From positions 64,001-128,000 of the IMG/VR virus record IMGVR_UViG_3300000203_000003: a DNA stretch of 64,000 nucleotides; one strand, 5' to 3'. Origin of the DNA: a virus. Its lineage: Duplodnaviria; Caudoviricetes. The translations under genes were made by a program, and so were the position numbers. Under the pieces are notes generated by a model, which was not told where the DNA came from, did no database searches, and saw only the letters and a list, made by a program, of their open reading frames with translations. Below, piece after piece: positions 1 to 10,019 of the stretch. Position 1 is the stretch's first letter, and each line of letters begins with the position of its first letter.

Positions 1-69
1 CATTCTGAGAGTTTATGCTGTAACCCACAGCGTAGGACTAGAACTCCACACAACCTAAAGGAAAAACAA

Positions 70-1251
70 ATGGGACGCCCTCTTAAAATCGCCAAATCAC
101 AATTCGTTGGCACAATCACCGGAACAACAACCGGTACAAACATCGTTACTTTCATCCCTGCTATAACTGCTACTGTTAACTTCACTGTAGGCATGCCTGT
201 CGTTGTATCAACTACCGTCAGTAACATCATCGCCGGAACAACATATTGGGTACTAACTATGCCAAGCACATCGTCTATGACGTTAAGCTCGACCCCGTTA
301 GATGCTAATATCAATAGGACACCGCTTGCACTTGGCACAGTCGGCCCGGTCACTGTTGGTTTCACTGTCAATTTAGTTGACTATGGTTTCAACAATCCAA
401 ATGGTGCAGCTAACACATACAGCGTTGTCGGTGGCAACACCGGAAGCTATGGCAAGCAAGTTCTTGCTGATGTTGCTATCGGTCGCGTGGGCGCCGGAAC
501 AGTAACATTGAACGGTACGGCTGGTAAAGAAATGTGGGGCGCTGGTACAGACTTTGCTAACACGTTGTCAGTTGGATCGTCAGTTGAACTGGCAGACGGC
601 ACTATAGCAGGTCATGTCGCAGTGATTCCTGGCTACATCGTAGTCGCAGTTACAGATACAGAAGCAGTCGGTAGTATTGTTGTTGCAGTTAGCACAGCAG
701 CAATGAACGCTCTTCAACCAATCGTGTTCAATGCTGATATCGGTAATTTAACAGCCGGCACAGTGTATTGGGTTCGTGATATTCTGAGTGTGACAGATTT
801 TACTGTCAGTATGCAGCGCAACGGTTCTTTAGTAACGCTTGCTGATGATTCAGCAGTTGTGACTGGTCATCAAGATTATGTCGTGATGGGCGCTATCACT
901 CCGCAACATTATGCACTGTCTGCTTGGACATATGCTGATAACGAATCTGGTTTCATCGTCAGACAAAAAGGTCGTAGCAAGTTCCTTGTAACTGGTCTGA
1001 CTTCAGGTCTAACTGGTGTTTGCTACACAGCAGATTTAGCAGCAGCAGCACTTGTGCCCGGCACAATGCGAGTCTCTGCAACAACAGCGGCACCGGCAAC
1101 TGTATTATTAGAAAGATTAGCTGATCATACAGCCAGAGGATTTGGTAACACTGATACTGCTACAGCATACTACGCATCGTTTAACGCAGCGATTGCAGCA
1201 AATGCAACGCCAAGTCAACCGTACGGAGTGATTACTGTTAATAACTCTTAA
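70..1251 (+). CDS. Putative virion structural protein with two copies of a beta-rich module (TGTN.VT...G.PVV...I.AGT.YWV)
   Basis: SD-like AAGG upstream; T/V/G/A-rich; module shared with ORFs at 36356 and 38836. Confidence 0.6.
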   Translation: MGRPLKIAKSQFVGTITGTTTGTNIVTFIPAITATVNFTVGMPVVVSTTVSNIIAGTTYWVLTMPSTSSMTLSSTPLDANINRTPLALGTVGPVTVGFTVNLVDYGFNNPNGAANTYSVVGGNTGSYGKQVLADVAIGRVGAGTVTLNGTAGKEMWGAGTDFANTLSVGSSVELADGTIAGHVAVIPGYIVVAVTDTEAVGSIVVAVSTAAMNALQPIVFNADIGNLTAGTVYWVRDILSVTDFTVSMQRNGSLVTLADDSAVVTGHQDYVVMGAITPQHYALSAWTYADNESGFIVRQKGRSKFLVTGLTSGLTGVCYTADLAAAALVPGTMRVSATTAAPATVLLERLADHTARGFGNTDTATAYYASFNAAIAANATPSQPYGVITVNNS

Positions 1252-1260
1252 GGATGATGT

Positions 1261-1725
1261 ATGGCAACTGGTTTTTCAGATACACAAATGGGGAGCATGG
1301 GCTGGCGTGGGCGTGACGGGCCCGGCACTCTCGACATTTCGCAGATGATTGCGAATGAGGATGATCCCAAACAACGGGCATTCCTTATTGTTCTCCATAG
1401 CATTAACCAAGCTCTGGAAGCAAATACAAGTACCGTAAGGGAAATTAGTGATAAGTTAGAAATTCACCTCGAAGCATTTAACGAACATACTGCTGAAGGA
1501 GAGAAAATGATGAATCAAGGGCGCGGTGCCTGGAAGATAGTAGCATGGGTTATTGGATTCGCACAAATATTAGCAACTGGTGCTTGGGTCACACAACGAA
1601 GTGAGATGACTCAACTTTCAGCAACAATTAATACTGAGGTATTACAAGGGGCTGAAATGAAGGGCAGGATTGATGTAATAGAAAGAACTATTCAAACTCA
1701 TATATCGGACTCGTCAAAGAAATAA
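1261..1725 (+). CDS. Hypothetical membrane protein (coiled coil + one TM helix)
   Basis: SD AAGGA; hydrophobic stretch AWKIVAWVIGFAQILATGAWV. Confidence 0.55.
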   Translation: MATGFSDTQMGSMGWRGRDGPGTLDISQMIANEDDPKQRAFLIVLHSINQALEANTSTVREISDKLEIHLEAFNEHTAEGEKMMNQGRGAWKIVAWVIGFAQILATGAWVTQRSEMTQLSATINTEVLQGAEMKGRIDVIERTIQTHISDSSKK

Positions 1726-1749
1726 AAAGAGCACTTCGGTGCTCTTTTT
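1724..1749. terminator. Bidirectional intrinsic terminator
   Basis: AAAAAGAGCAC-TTCG-GTGCTCTTTTT between convergent genes. Confidence 0.85.
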
Positions 1750-2156
1750 CATTTACTGGTTAGTGCTTTAAGCTTGTCGATCACAACATCAAAGTTGACG
1801 GTGTTGAACAGTCCCGGATGTAATGGTTTAGGGTATTGATTATCGCCTACCCAAGCATATCCGCAATGCTCATCGTTCAACACCGGGGTAAACTCATCTT
1901 CAATCTGGCAGAAGAAAGTATGATAGGTGAACGAGCGATTGATAAACTTCTGAATAGGAATCAGCTTCGCATCTTTAGGGAAGTGACTTATTTCTTCTTG
2001 ACACTCACGCACAACACCCTCTAATAGAGTTTCGCCCTTCTCAACCTTGCCGCCGGGTATGCCCCAGTTGCCAGGGTTCTTGGCGTCTGTGCGAAGTAGA
2101 TATAGATAGCGTTTAGTTTTCGTGGCGTAAAAGAACACGCCGGCAGATTGATTCAT
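1749..2156 (-). CDS. NUDIX hydrolase
   Basis: Nudix box GGKVEKGETLLEGVVRECQEEI. Confidence 0.9.
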   Translation of the reverse strand: MNQSAGVFFYATKTKRYLYLLRTDAKNPGNWGIPGGKVEKGETLLEGVVRECQEEISHFPKDAKLIPIQKFINRSFTYHTFFCQIEDEFTPVLNDEHCGYAWVGDNQYPKPLHPGLFNTVNFDVVIDKLKALTSK

Positions 2157-2163
2157 ATACTAT

Positions 2164-2763
2164 TTAGACTATGCCATGATGTGCCCTACATTTATCAAAG
2201 TGCCATCTACCCATGGCACTTGCGCCCCCTGATGTGCCGCAATGAGGACATTCTACAATCGGTTTAGGTATACCGGATAACGCCTCGCTGATTTTAGGAT
2301 TCTTTCGACCAGTAAGGGTGGCGCTCACCCAGGGCTGTTTCTTTCCGCGCTGTCTTTCACTCTTTGCGGTATTCTGGTCAGCAGTGTGTTTTCCACCAAC
2401 TAATTTTTGTCTAATCTTTTCTTTAACACATTCAGTTACTTTTTTGCCCAAGTTAGCTTTTCTAATTTTATCAGTATGTGATTTAGATTGTTTATAACCA
2501 CTAGTGCCTTCTCCACCATCTGTTAGGTTACGAAGTACCCCGGTCCCTAAATCTTTTCTACCGTACCACTTAATTAGTTGTCGTTCTAGTGCGAAAGCAC
2601 CTATCTCGGTTAAGTTCCGTTCTATTATAATAATTCTAGATTTTTCAGGTACTTTAATACGGTGGTTAATAGAGTCATATGCTCTACTGCCTTTTCCCTT
2701 GCCTATATAATACACGGTGTTGTTGGTTTTACGCAAATATGCATAAACATAATAAATAGTCAT
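2164..2763 (-). CDS. Free-standing GIY-YIG homing endonuclease (NUMOD3-like repeats, C-terminal CPHC zinc knuckle)
   Basis: YVYAY..YYIGKG..R, GRKDLGTGVLRNLTDGGEG; start reassigned to MTIYY (2763) after SD AAAGGA. Confidence 0.85.
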   Translation of the reverse strand: MTIYYVYAYLRKTNNTVYYIGKGKGSRAYDSINHRIKVPEKSRIIIIERNLTEIGAFALERQLIKWYGRKDLGTGVLRNLTDGGEGTSGYKQSKSHTDKIRKANLGKKVTECVKEKIRQKLVGGKHTADQNTAKSERQRGKKQPWVSATLTGRKNPKISEALSGIPKPIVECPHCGTSGGASAMGRWHFDKCRAHHGIV

Positions 2764-2830
2764 GCTGTGATTCCTTTCAATCATAGAGTAGTTGGGGAGT
2801 GGACGCCCGCGAACTACACTTTTATTTATC
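2752..2830. ncRNA. Conserved two-hairpin endonuclease-associated element, copy A
   Basis: Matches four other copies with compensatory changes. Confidence 0.7.
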
Positions 2831-4199
2831 AAATAACAATAGAATAGTCCCCGGCCGCATAAAAGCCTTCCCAAGACTTCATCCAAGTATCATCAGTGAA
2901 GCGATACTGAACCGCAGTGGTGAGATTAGTGACATACTGAACATCAGCAAGCAATGAACTGTCAAAACTGACGAACCATTTGCCCAGTGCGCTGCTGTAT
3001 TCAATAATATCATTAGCTTGAGCGATTAGATCACCCCAGCCGATTGTTGTGTCGCCCACATGACCGATACTCTCAACGATCAGATAGCGTCTGCCATTGA
3101 CTGGTGCAGGTAGTCCGGCGTTAGGACCAGAGACTAGCGGATTGATTACACTGTCAACAGGAGCAAGTGTATTCTGCGGCAGAGTATCAGGGTCGATACT
3201 GTAAATCAACAGACGATCATCATTTGGATCAGGAACAATCGTGCCAACAATCTCTGTTGTCATATAGGGATTCTGTAACCAGATTTGCGAGATGCCTGGA
3301 CGAATCGTGCCGTATACATTCAGCACACTGGCCCAATAGACTGAGGTGTCTGGGTTAGGTGGCAAGTTCAGATCATCGTTCTCAGGATAGAAGTCCCGAT
3401 TAGCAGGAAGTATTTGCAGAGCATTGCTGATCAACAATAACTTATAACCGTAAGGCGTAATCTTTTGTCTGGTCCCTAACAACAGATCATCATCTTGAAT
3501 GTCAGTAAGCGCATGACCTTTGAAGATAGACGCAATGATTTTCTCAATGACGCCGTACTTTTTAAGTTTCGCTGCGGTGCTCAACCATATAGGCATGTAG
3601 AACTTCCAAGTCAGCACATCGATAGGATTGCCTGAACCTTGTGGAATAGTTCGTGATGACCAGTTCAGTGACTCTTGATAGACAACGCTCAATGAAGTCC
3701 AGTCAATGAAGTTATCAGTTGATTGTATTTCAAGCGCAGGGTTAAACAGGGTACCCAGCTGCTCAACTAATTCAAGCTTTTGATTGTAGTTTGTTGTCCA
3801 GAAGTCTACTGTTATTTTAAGTGTATACGGCACTGGCATTAGTCGTTCAACTGTAAATGCTTGCCCCTGTGTAGTTTCATAAGTCTGAGTGTCACTATTG
3901 TATGCACGTTGTCTGATGCTGATTCTGTCAGTATATGTAGGATCCTGAGTTCGTTTCTGATCATACTCAAGCCCGCTGATGTAATATGAAATCATCGGAG
4001 CACTTGGCAGGTTGCTTGCGGTGTTGTTAGAGATGATGTTTGCTGCTTGTCTGCTGCTGTCACCATACATCACCGGTACTCTGACCATGATATCATTGCC
4101 TGCAGGGTCTTTGCCCCTGGTGACTTGCCAGTTAGAAAATATCTTCGCAAACTGTAGTAGAAAACGGCGAATCTGATTATCGTAGAAGAATGCGGCCAA
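2829..4199 (-). CDS. Tail sheath stabilizer/completion protein (T4 gp15-like)
   Basis: FFYDNQIRRFLLQF..VPVMYG..PVPY motifs; adjacent to neck gene; TTG start after AGGA. Confidence 0.7.
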   Translation of the reverse strand: MAAFFYDNQIRRFLLQFAKIFSNWQVTRGKDPAGNDIMVRVPVMYGDSSRQAANIISNNTASNLPSAPMISYYISGLEYDQKRTQDPTYTDRISIRQRAYNSDTQTYETTQGQAFTVERLMPVPYTLKITVDFWTTNYNQKLELVEQLGTLFNPALEIQSTDNFIDWTSLSVVYQESLNWSSRTIPQGSGNPIDVLTWKFYMPIWLSTAAKLKKYGVIEKIIASIFKGHALTDIQDDDLLLGTRQKITPYGYKLLLISNALQILPANRDFYPENDDLNLPPNPDTSVYWASVLNVYGTIRPGISQIWLQNPYMTTEIVGTIVPDPNDDRLLIYSIDPDTLPQNTLAPVDSVINPLVSGPNAGLPAPVNGRRYLIVESIGHVGDTTIGWGDLIAQANDIIEYSSALGKWFVSFDSSLLADVQYVTNLTTAVQYRFTDDTWMKSWEGFYAAGDYSIVI

Positions 4200-4209
4200 A
4201 ATAAATCCT

Positions 4210-5856
4210 TTAAAGTATAGGTGGCAACGGATCGGGTGCCAGTTTTAAAATAGTTGACAGTGCTTGCTTCTGCGGAACGAATGTCCCATCTGTAAGTTCT
4301 GTCTCATTTGAGTTATTGATGTATCCAGATAGCAATGAAGTATCAGCTGGGGTGAAGCCAGTATATGTTCGCACATCAGTTGAGATTCTGACCCACAATT
4401 GGCCGTCCCATCTGAATAGCATCTGCGGCAGATAGTCAGTGCGAAGAAAGTAGTCACCAAGCTGAGGTGCCAGTGGGAAGGTGATACCAGCGCCAGTTGG
4501 GAAACCATTTGGTGCTTCACTTGATCCTGACAGATATCCTGCTGTGTAGCTAAACGACAGCGGACTGTATCTGGCAATGTAAGTGAATGCAGGGTCTGCG
4601 TCAGCCGTGAAGTCCATCGCTCCTGTGATTGTTCCGTCAAACCCTGGTGACATGAGGTCAGAGTCAGCAGTCACATCGATTGAATCTACTGTGCCGTAAG
4701 GACCGACTCCGGAACCCAATGAGTATACTGACAGAACTTTCTCACCCGTGACCGGACCCGATCCGCTGCCTATCTTCTTGGCAGGTAGCGTCACTGACTG
4801 TAAGATCATCTGCAGGAATGCAGTGATATCCGTGTTCTTCGGCAGACGAATAGCTGGGCTGGCGTTTCTGTATTTAGGTGACTTCATCAGCACCACAGTG
4901 CCGACTACAATAGGTGGTCCACTACTTGTTATCGTCAAGTCATAAGGCGGAGCAGGTTGTCCAACTTTGTCGGACTCTGGACCGTATTTAGGAACGATGT
5001 ATAACTTGGTGTTATCATATCCCGATTTAGGTAGTTGTCGCGCTGCCTCAGCTAATACAGCATCATTGATGGCGATGTTCTTATTGTACGTTGACAGAAT
5101 ATCTTTAAGATTCTGTTGTGTATCCAGCGCCCAGTAAGTAGCGTTAGGTGGCATGGTGCCAGCTGGAACTTCTTGAGTTGAGGTGTAGTTAGTGTCGCCA
5201 AATGTGACGACATAACCTGCCGGATATGTTTGTGTAGCATTCCACTGACCAACATAGTTGTCAGTGTTTGCGGGTTGAGCAAGAATTTGACTGAACTCTT
5301 GACTGTTAACTAACGGTTCGCACTTGACACGCCACAGATGCGGATACCAAGTAGGAGAGAAACCTTCGCTGGCATAGTTTCCGTCAGTGACTTGATAGAA
5401 TCGTCTTAGCGACACCGGGATCACTTCGTTCAGCGGGTTGTAGTCAAGTAAATGAGGAAGTTCCAGTACATCACCGACCATCAGCTTCCGACCGACCAAT
5501 TCAATCATCGTGTTATAATGAATGGTGATGAATAAAATATCGTTGTTTAGGAACAGACCGAATTGACTTAGGTCGAAGTCCAGATTCTGTACTCCATATT
5601 GACCGCGCAGCCTGATGATGTCCGGTTCGTATGTCCTATCGCGGTTTTCCTGAAATAACAGGTCCTGGATATTCATTGGATTCAGTGAATCATATTGTGG
5701 TTGAGTAGCATCAATCGATGTACCCTGATTTGTCGGTCCGAGATATTTATGAATATACAGATCAGTTCCGCCTGCGGTCAATTGTTCGGCAACGGCCCGA
5801 TCAAAGTATCGATAATCATTGCTTTTGGTGGGATGGTACAGACTCAATCGTGGCAT
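4210..5856 (-). CDS. Neck/head-closure protein (T4 gp14-like) with inserted carbohydrate-binding-like module
   Basis: DLYIHKY..DLLFQENRDR..SQFGLF..GDVLELP; WNATQTYPAG..VTFG CBM-like insert. Confidence 0.65.
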   Translation of the reverse strand: MPRLSLYHPTKSNDYRYFDRAVAEQLTAGGTDLYIHKYLGPTNQGTSIDATQPQYDSLNPMNIQDLLFQENRDRTYEPDIIRLRGQYGVQNLDFDLSQFGLFLNNDILFITIHYNTMIELVGRKLMVGDVLELPHLLDYNPLNEVIPVSLRRFYQVTDGNYASEGFSPTWYPHLWRVKCEPLVNSQEFSQILAQPANTDNYVGQWNATQTYPAGYVVTFGDTNYTSTQEVPAGTMPPNATYWALDTQQNLKDILSTYNKNIAINDAVLAEAARQLPKSGYDNTKLYIVPKYGPESDKVGQPAPPYDLTITSSGPPIVVGTVVLMKSPKYRNASPAIRLPKNTDITAFLQMILQSVTLPAKKIGSGSGPVTGEKVLSVYSLGSGVGPYGTVDSIDVTADSDLMSPGFDGTITGAMDFTADADPAFTYIARYSPLSFSYTAGYLSGSSEAPNGFPTGAGITFPLAPQLGDYFLRTDYLPQMLFRWDGQLWVRISTDVRTYTGFTPADTSLLSGYINNSNETELTDGTFVPQKQALSTILKLAPDPLPPIL

Positions 5857-5860
5857 ATAT

Positions 5861-6523
5861 TTATGTATTTGTTAGTAAACACCATCCTCCGACGCGAAGT
5901 TGTTTATGGTTGACGACACTGCTCATACTTGTAATGTTGAGGTTATATTTTTTAGTGAGTTCGGATTGGGTGCAACTTTCCTTTTCACCATTTTGGTGAA
6001 CGAAAGAATAGATAGTTAGATCGAAATTGGGATTGTTCCCGCCAAACCTGGTAATATTCCATTTTTGTTTTTCTGGAGTTAGTCTCCATCCGCGATGTGT
6101 CTTTGCTTTATTAGTAACCAATCCCGTAACACCAGAAATATTCAATGAATGTTTTTTGACCATGTCATATCTCGTACAATGCTCAACTCTTCCATCAGAG
6201 TGAAAAAATGTATATAAGGTTGTATCCCAAGGACACCCTGCTTTACCTTCTCCACCATCAGTTCTATTGTGCAGAATCCCAGTGAGATTATCTTTTCTAC
6301 CATACCATCTTATCAATCTTCGCTCCAGAGCATATGCCCATAACTCAGTTAGTCCGGTTGCGATGACTATTATCCTGTTTCTATCGGCTGGCAGCGGAAT
6401 GCTGTGCTTTTCGGTTGCTCGTTTGCCAATGCCCTTTCCGATATAGTATGGCGTGCCGGATTCTCGCAAATAGGCGTATACATAAAATCCTTCTTTGGTG
6501 TGTTGTCGGCCAAATATGTGCAT
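5861..6523 (-). CDS. Free-standing GIY-YIG endonuclease with two C-terminal (Y.F.H...GW) DNA-binding-like repeats
   Basis: [19 protein letters not shown]; [19 protein letters not shown]; start MHIF 4 nt after TAAATA. Confidence 0.85.
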   Translation of the reverse strand: MHIFGRQHTKEGFYVYAYLRESGTPYYIGKGIGKRATEKHSIPLPADRNRIIVIATGLTELWAYALERRLIRWYGRKDNLTGILHNRTDGGEGKAGCPWDTTLYTFFHSDGRVEHCTRYDMVKKHSLNISGVTGLVTNKAKTHRGWRLTPEKQKWNITRFGGNNPNFDLTIYSFVHQNGEKESCTQSELTKKYNLNITSMSSVVNHKQLRVGGWCLLTNT

Positions 6524-6537
6524 AGAGTATTTATCAC

Positions 6538-6566
6538 TTGACAATAAACCCGTAATCTGTTACACT
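6538..6566 (+). promoter_or_regulatory. Sigma70-type early promoter
   Basis: TTGACA-N17-TACACT. Confidence 0.7.
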
Positions 6567-6592
6567 GAAAGTGTAGAAAGAAGGAGTAGGAA

Positions 6593-6781
6593 ATGTCTGA
6601 AGTTAAACTAAACGGTCCCCTGTTCAAAGTGACGATGACTGAACACGAACGTGGTTATGGTCAGCGCCCGATGGGTGAGAAATTTTTTGACAACGAGGAA
6701 GAGGCCAAAAAGTTCTGCGAGGAATACTTCGGCGGCGACTCAGAGTGCTATTTCAGGGCAGAGTATCGCAAAGTGGCGTAG
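6593..6781 (+). CDS. Small early hypothetical protein
   Basis: SD AAGGAG, promoter upstream. Confidence 0.7.
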   Translation: MSEVKLNGPLFKVTMTEHERGYGQRPMGEKFFDNEEEAKKFCEEYFGGDSECYFRAEYRKVA

Positions 6782-6782
6782 G

Positions 6783-6811
6783 TTGACAATAAATCAGTTT
6801 GGGTATATAAT
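6783..6811 (+). promoter_or_regulatory. Consensus sigma70 early promoter
   Basis: TTGACA-N17-TATAAT. Confidence 0.85.
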
Positions 6812-6840
6812 ACACTCATACACTGAAAACGGAGAAACAA

Positions 6841-7194
6841 ATGGCTTACACTTTTGACGAAAACATCGTTTCTGATCTTCACAAAGACGCTTTCGGCTTC
6901 CGCCCGAGTCAGTCTTGGTGGTACGGTTGGACTCATGCTTCCGACGAAGGCAAGCAACATGAGTGGGACTATATGCTCAAGATTCTGGATAACACCATGG
7001 CAGAAGATGCCCGCCGGGAACAAGACGCTATCGTGGCGTTCGAGGTGCTCGTCACCAAGACGATCAACTCAGGTGCCAAGACCCGCGAAGTTGCCCTGCG
7101 CTGGATCATGGAAGCAAGCACCTGTGACGGTGATTGGGAATATCTCTGCTACACTCACGGTCTCCCCTACTCTTACTTTCGCAAGGTGGCATAA
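6841..7194 (+). CDS. Early hypothetical protein
   Basis: SD GGAG; SDLHKDAFGFRP motif seen in phage early proteins. Confidence 0.75.
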   Translation: MAYTFDENIVSDLHKDAFGFRPSQSWWYGWTHASDEGKQHEWDYMLKILDNTMAEDARREQDAIVAFEVLVTKTINSGAKTREVALRWIMEASTCDGDWEYLCYTHGLPYSYFRKVA

Positions 7195-7283
7195 TGGCGT
7201 GGATTGCTGTAATCATCCTAGTTCTTACAGGTAATCCAGGACTAGCATTTATCGTTGCAATGCTGTTGATCTTGTTCGGTTGA
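7194..7283 (+). CDS. 29-aa hydrophobic membrane peptide (MAWIAVIILVLTGNPGLAFIVAMLLILFG)
   Basis: TAATG overlap with upstream stop; helix-GNPG-helix; below ORF-track cutoff. Confidence 0.55.
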   Translation: MAWIAVIILVLTGNPGLAFIVAMLLILFG

Positions 7284-7308
7284 CACTTCATCTAAATAGT
7301 GCTACAAT
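7280..7308 (+). promoter_or_regulatory. Sigma70-type promoter
   Basis: TTGACA-N17-TACAAT. Confidence 0.75.
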
Positions 7309-7325
7309 ATCACAAAGGAAAACTA

Positions 7326-8531
7326 ATGGCAACTCGTAAACACAAAAAGACAGAAGACCACAGTCAAGTCAAGGCGCTGAACCCGCGTGATGTTGATCAA
7401 AAATATCTCGGCGACGAACCTCTGTTCGCCGAACAACCTGCAGCCGAGAATCGCAACTCAGCGATTGCCCGCGGTCTCGCATGGTATCATCGTTTCTACA
7501 CTCGCAAAGATGCCCGCGATATGCTGGCAACTTATCTTGACATTCATGAACGGACAGCAGATGCCAAAGTCATGCGTAAAGTCGATGAGGGCGAGTTCCG
7601 ACTGCCCACATTCGCATGGCTGTCTCGCATGGTCCTACGTGGTCTTGAACTGACAGAGCATGAAATGCTGTCATTGGAAAACGAAATCTCCAGGCTGCTG
7701 TTGACTATCAACAAGCCCGAAGTTAAGGTGACAAGCAAATTCACAACTGCGGCAAAGACTCCTGAACAGGCTGCAACTGCTAAGACAAACATCCAGGAGA
7801 CAATGCGTGAAAAGGCGCGTGAGGCTGCAGGTGAATTGGAGGGACTGTTTGATGACTACCTCACAGCAGGACAACCCACAAAACATTCGCTGCGTCCAAT
7901 GGATGAAGTGGCTAAGAAGAATGTCATGGTTCAACACATATCCATGCTCCGTGAAGTCTGGAACAAGAAACTTGCTGAAATGAATGAACTGCTCGAAGGC
8001 AAGGACGCTCAATTGGTTCAAGCGTACAGTCATTACAGCAAGCAACAAGTCAAGAATACGATCAAATTCATTGAGTTAATCATCAATGACCTCAATAGTT
8101 ATGTCAGTCTCAAAAAGACAACGAAAGCACCGCGCGCTCGTAAGGCGAGCCCGGTGGAAAAAACGGTCTCAAAAATGAAATATATGAAGGCGTTCAATGA
8201 CCCGGCAACAAAAGTAGATTTGATCAGTATCAGTCCTATTAAGGTACATAACGCCGAAGAAGTGTATCTGTATGATACCCAACTACGGAAGTTAACATAC
8301 CTAGTAGCCGATGAATATAGCAAAACTATGACTGTCAAAGGCACAACTATTTTGGGCTTCGACACAGCAAAAAGCCAGACAAAGACACTGCGTAAACCGG
8401 CAGAACAACTAAAGGAATTTCTGAAGTTGGGCAAACCGGCCGGACGAAAGTTTTTCGAGGCTATTCGGGCAGTAGCAACTATTCCCAAAGGTCGAACAAG
8501 CGACCGGACTATTATTTTGAAGGCGTCGTAA
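7326..8531 (+). CDS. Hypothetical phage protein (basic, helical)
   Basis: Long ORF; SD AAGGA before ATG 7326. Confidence 0.75.
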   Translation: MATRKHKKTEDHSQVKALNPRDVDQKYLGDEPLFAEQPAAENRNSAIARGLAWYHRFYTRKDARDMLATYLDIHERTADAKVMRKVDEGEFRLPTFAWLSRMVLRGLELTEHEMLSLENEISRLLLTINKPEVKVTSKFTTAAKTPEQAATAKTNIQETMREKAREAAGELEGLFDDYLTAGQPTKHSLRPMDEVAKKNVMVQHISMLREVWNKKLAEMNELLEGKDAQLVQAYSHYSKQQVKNTIKFIELIINDLNSYVSLKKTTKAPRARKASPVEKTVSKMKYMKAFNDPATKVDLISISPIKVHNAEEVYLYDTQLRKLTYLVADEYSKTMTVKGTTILGFDTAKSQTKTLRKPAEQLKEFLKLGKPAGRKFFEAIRAVATIPKGRTSDRTIILKAS

Positions 8532-9234
8532 TCAACTGCCAACCCTTCACTGTCCTTACGGCACCGCGCACCATCTTATTGACGTTGCGCGATTCCAATT
8601 TATGACTGGTATAAAAATCGTGACGAGTTGTAAAAACTTCCTCTCCTGTATCTTTATGCCTAAAACCATATATTGTGTGATCATAACTGTGGTGCCTTCG
8701 CCCAGCAAAAGGGGATGTGCCATCCGGTTTGCGTGAAAAAGGATTGACATATCCCGGTATTAATGTTTTGGTTTTACTAACACTAGAACCATCTTCCCTC
8801 TTAAGGAGATTGTGTGTTTTATTCAGTACACGATCAATATTATGATTACTACCGTCCGGTCTAGTTTGCCATGGATGTGTTCCTTTCGTTACACGATCAG
8901 TTTGTACATTTGTTCCATCCGGTCTTGTCTGCCATGGATGTGTACCATTAATCACTTGTTGTAAATTTCTAGCCCGGTTGAGTTCAGATAATATTTCTGC
9001 AGGCATTGTCATTTTGCGCCCTATAAGCAGACATGCTCCGAAGTCTGATTGCCTATAATGAATATCATAATGCTCCTGGATACTTAGGGCTGCTAAATTA
9101 GATGGGCCATTGTTAGTACGATCACCATCTAAATGATGAATGTCATATGTGCGTCCGGTTACATCTTTTGGGATCGGACCGATATGGTTCTCGTATATTT
9201 TACGATACTTAGTTGTTCCACAATAAATACACAT
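8512..9234 (-). CDS. Free-standing HNH endonuclease
   Basis: YDIHHLDGDRTNN..NLAALSIQEHYDIH; GTHPWQTRPDG repeats; C-terminal YDHTIY...KGW module. Confidence 0.85.
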   Translation of the reverse strand: MCIYCGTTKYRKIYENHIGPIPKDVTGRTYDIHHLDGDRTNNGPSNLAALSIQEHYDIHYRQSDFGACLLIGRKMTMPAEILSELNRARNLQQVINGTHPWQTRPDGTNVQTDRVTKGTHPWQTRPDGSNHNIDRVLNKTHNLLKREDGSSVSKTKTLIPGYVNPFSRKPDGTSPFAGRRHHSYDHTIYGFRHKDTGEEVFTTRHDFYTSHKLESRNVNKMVRGAVRTVKGWQLITTPSK

Positions 9235-9300
9235 GCTGATGCCCTTTCACGGCGTTAGAGAGGGTGGGCCTGCCAGCCGCGACTCTCACTTTTATTTATT
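9222..9300. ncRNA. Conserved two-hairpin endonuclease-associated element, copy B
   Basis: See findings. Confidence 0.7.
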
Positions 9301-9309
9301 CCGTTTTGA

Positions 9310-9338
9310 TTGATTTCCTGTAAAAGATTATGTATAAT
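9310..9338 (+). promoter_or_regulatory. Sigma70-type promoter (extended -10)
   Basis: TTGATT-N17-TATAAT. Confidence 0.65.
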
Positions 9339-9355
9339 CAAGTTTTAGGAATAAT

Positions 9356-9787
9356 ATGATCGATCTGAATAAGTATACCGAATTTGTCGAGGCTATTACA
9401 AGCCAAGCAAGCAATGATCTAACATCATTCACCAACTCAATATCCAGGGTTGATGCGAATTATGATGCCAATCAAGATAAGTATGGTCCCGATGTGAATG
9501 TGCCTTTGCTGATTACTGGTGCTATGGGTTTGTGTGGCGAAGCCGGTGAATTCAGTGAGATTGTCAAGAAGGTTTTATTTCATGGCAAAGAACTGAATGA
9601 AGAGGTCCATGCTCATCTGGTCAAAGAATTGGGTGATGTAATCTGGTACTGGACCAACACTTGTCGGGCACTCGGCGTTAACCCTAACGATGTGATCGCT
9701 CTCAATGTTTCAAAACTACAATCACGCTACCCGGGCGGAACATTCTCCGCTGCTGCCAGCGAGACTCGCAAAGAAGGCGACATCTAA
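9356..9787 (+). CDS. mazG: MazG-like NTP pyrophosphohydrolase
   Basis: GLCGEAGEFSEIVKK...KELGDVIWY...N..KL..RYP. Confidence 0.85.
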   Translation: MIDLNKYTEFVEAITSQASNDLTSFTNSISRVDANYDANQDKYGPDVNVPLLITGAMGLCGEAGEFSEIVKKVLFHGKELNEEVHAHLVKELGDVIWYWTNTCRALGVNPNDVIALNVSKLQSRYPGGTFSAAASETRKEGDI

Positions 9788-10005
9788 TGATTAAATGGGA
9801 TGACGATCTTGTCCTCTTCAATGAGGAAGAATACAACAAACTCCCCGACGGAACTGAATTGACCTGCATTGACAAGTCGACCGTTATTAAGGGTAAGGAT
9901 GTTATCGACATGGATACTCGCGGTGGTCATATCGCTTTCGGTGTGAAGGATCCATGGAATCATCCCCTCAAGGATCTGTTCCTGATCTTTAAGTTAGTGC
10001 AATAG
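9787..10005 (+). CDS. Hypothetical protein
   Basis: TAATG coupling to the MazG-like gene. Confidence 0.65.
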   Translation: MIKWDDDLVLFNEEEYNKLPDGTELTCIDKSTVIKGKDVIDMDTRGGHIAFGVKDPWNHPLKDLFLIFKLVQ

Positions 10006-10019
10006 CAGTAATAACTTGG

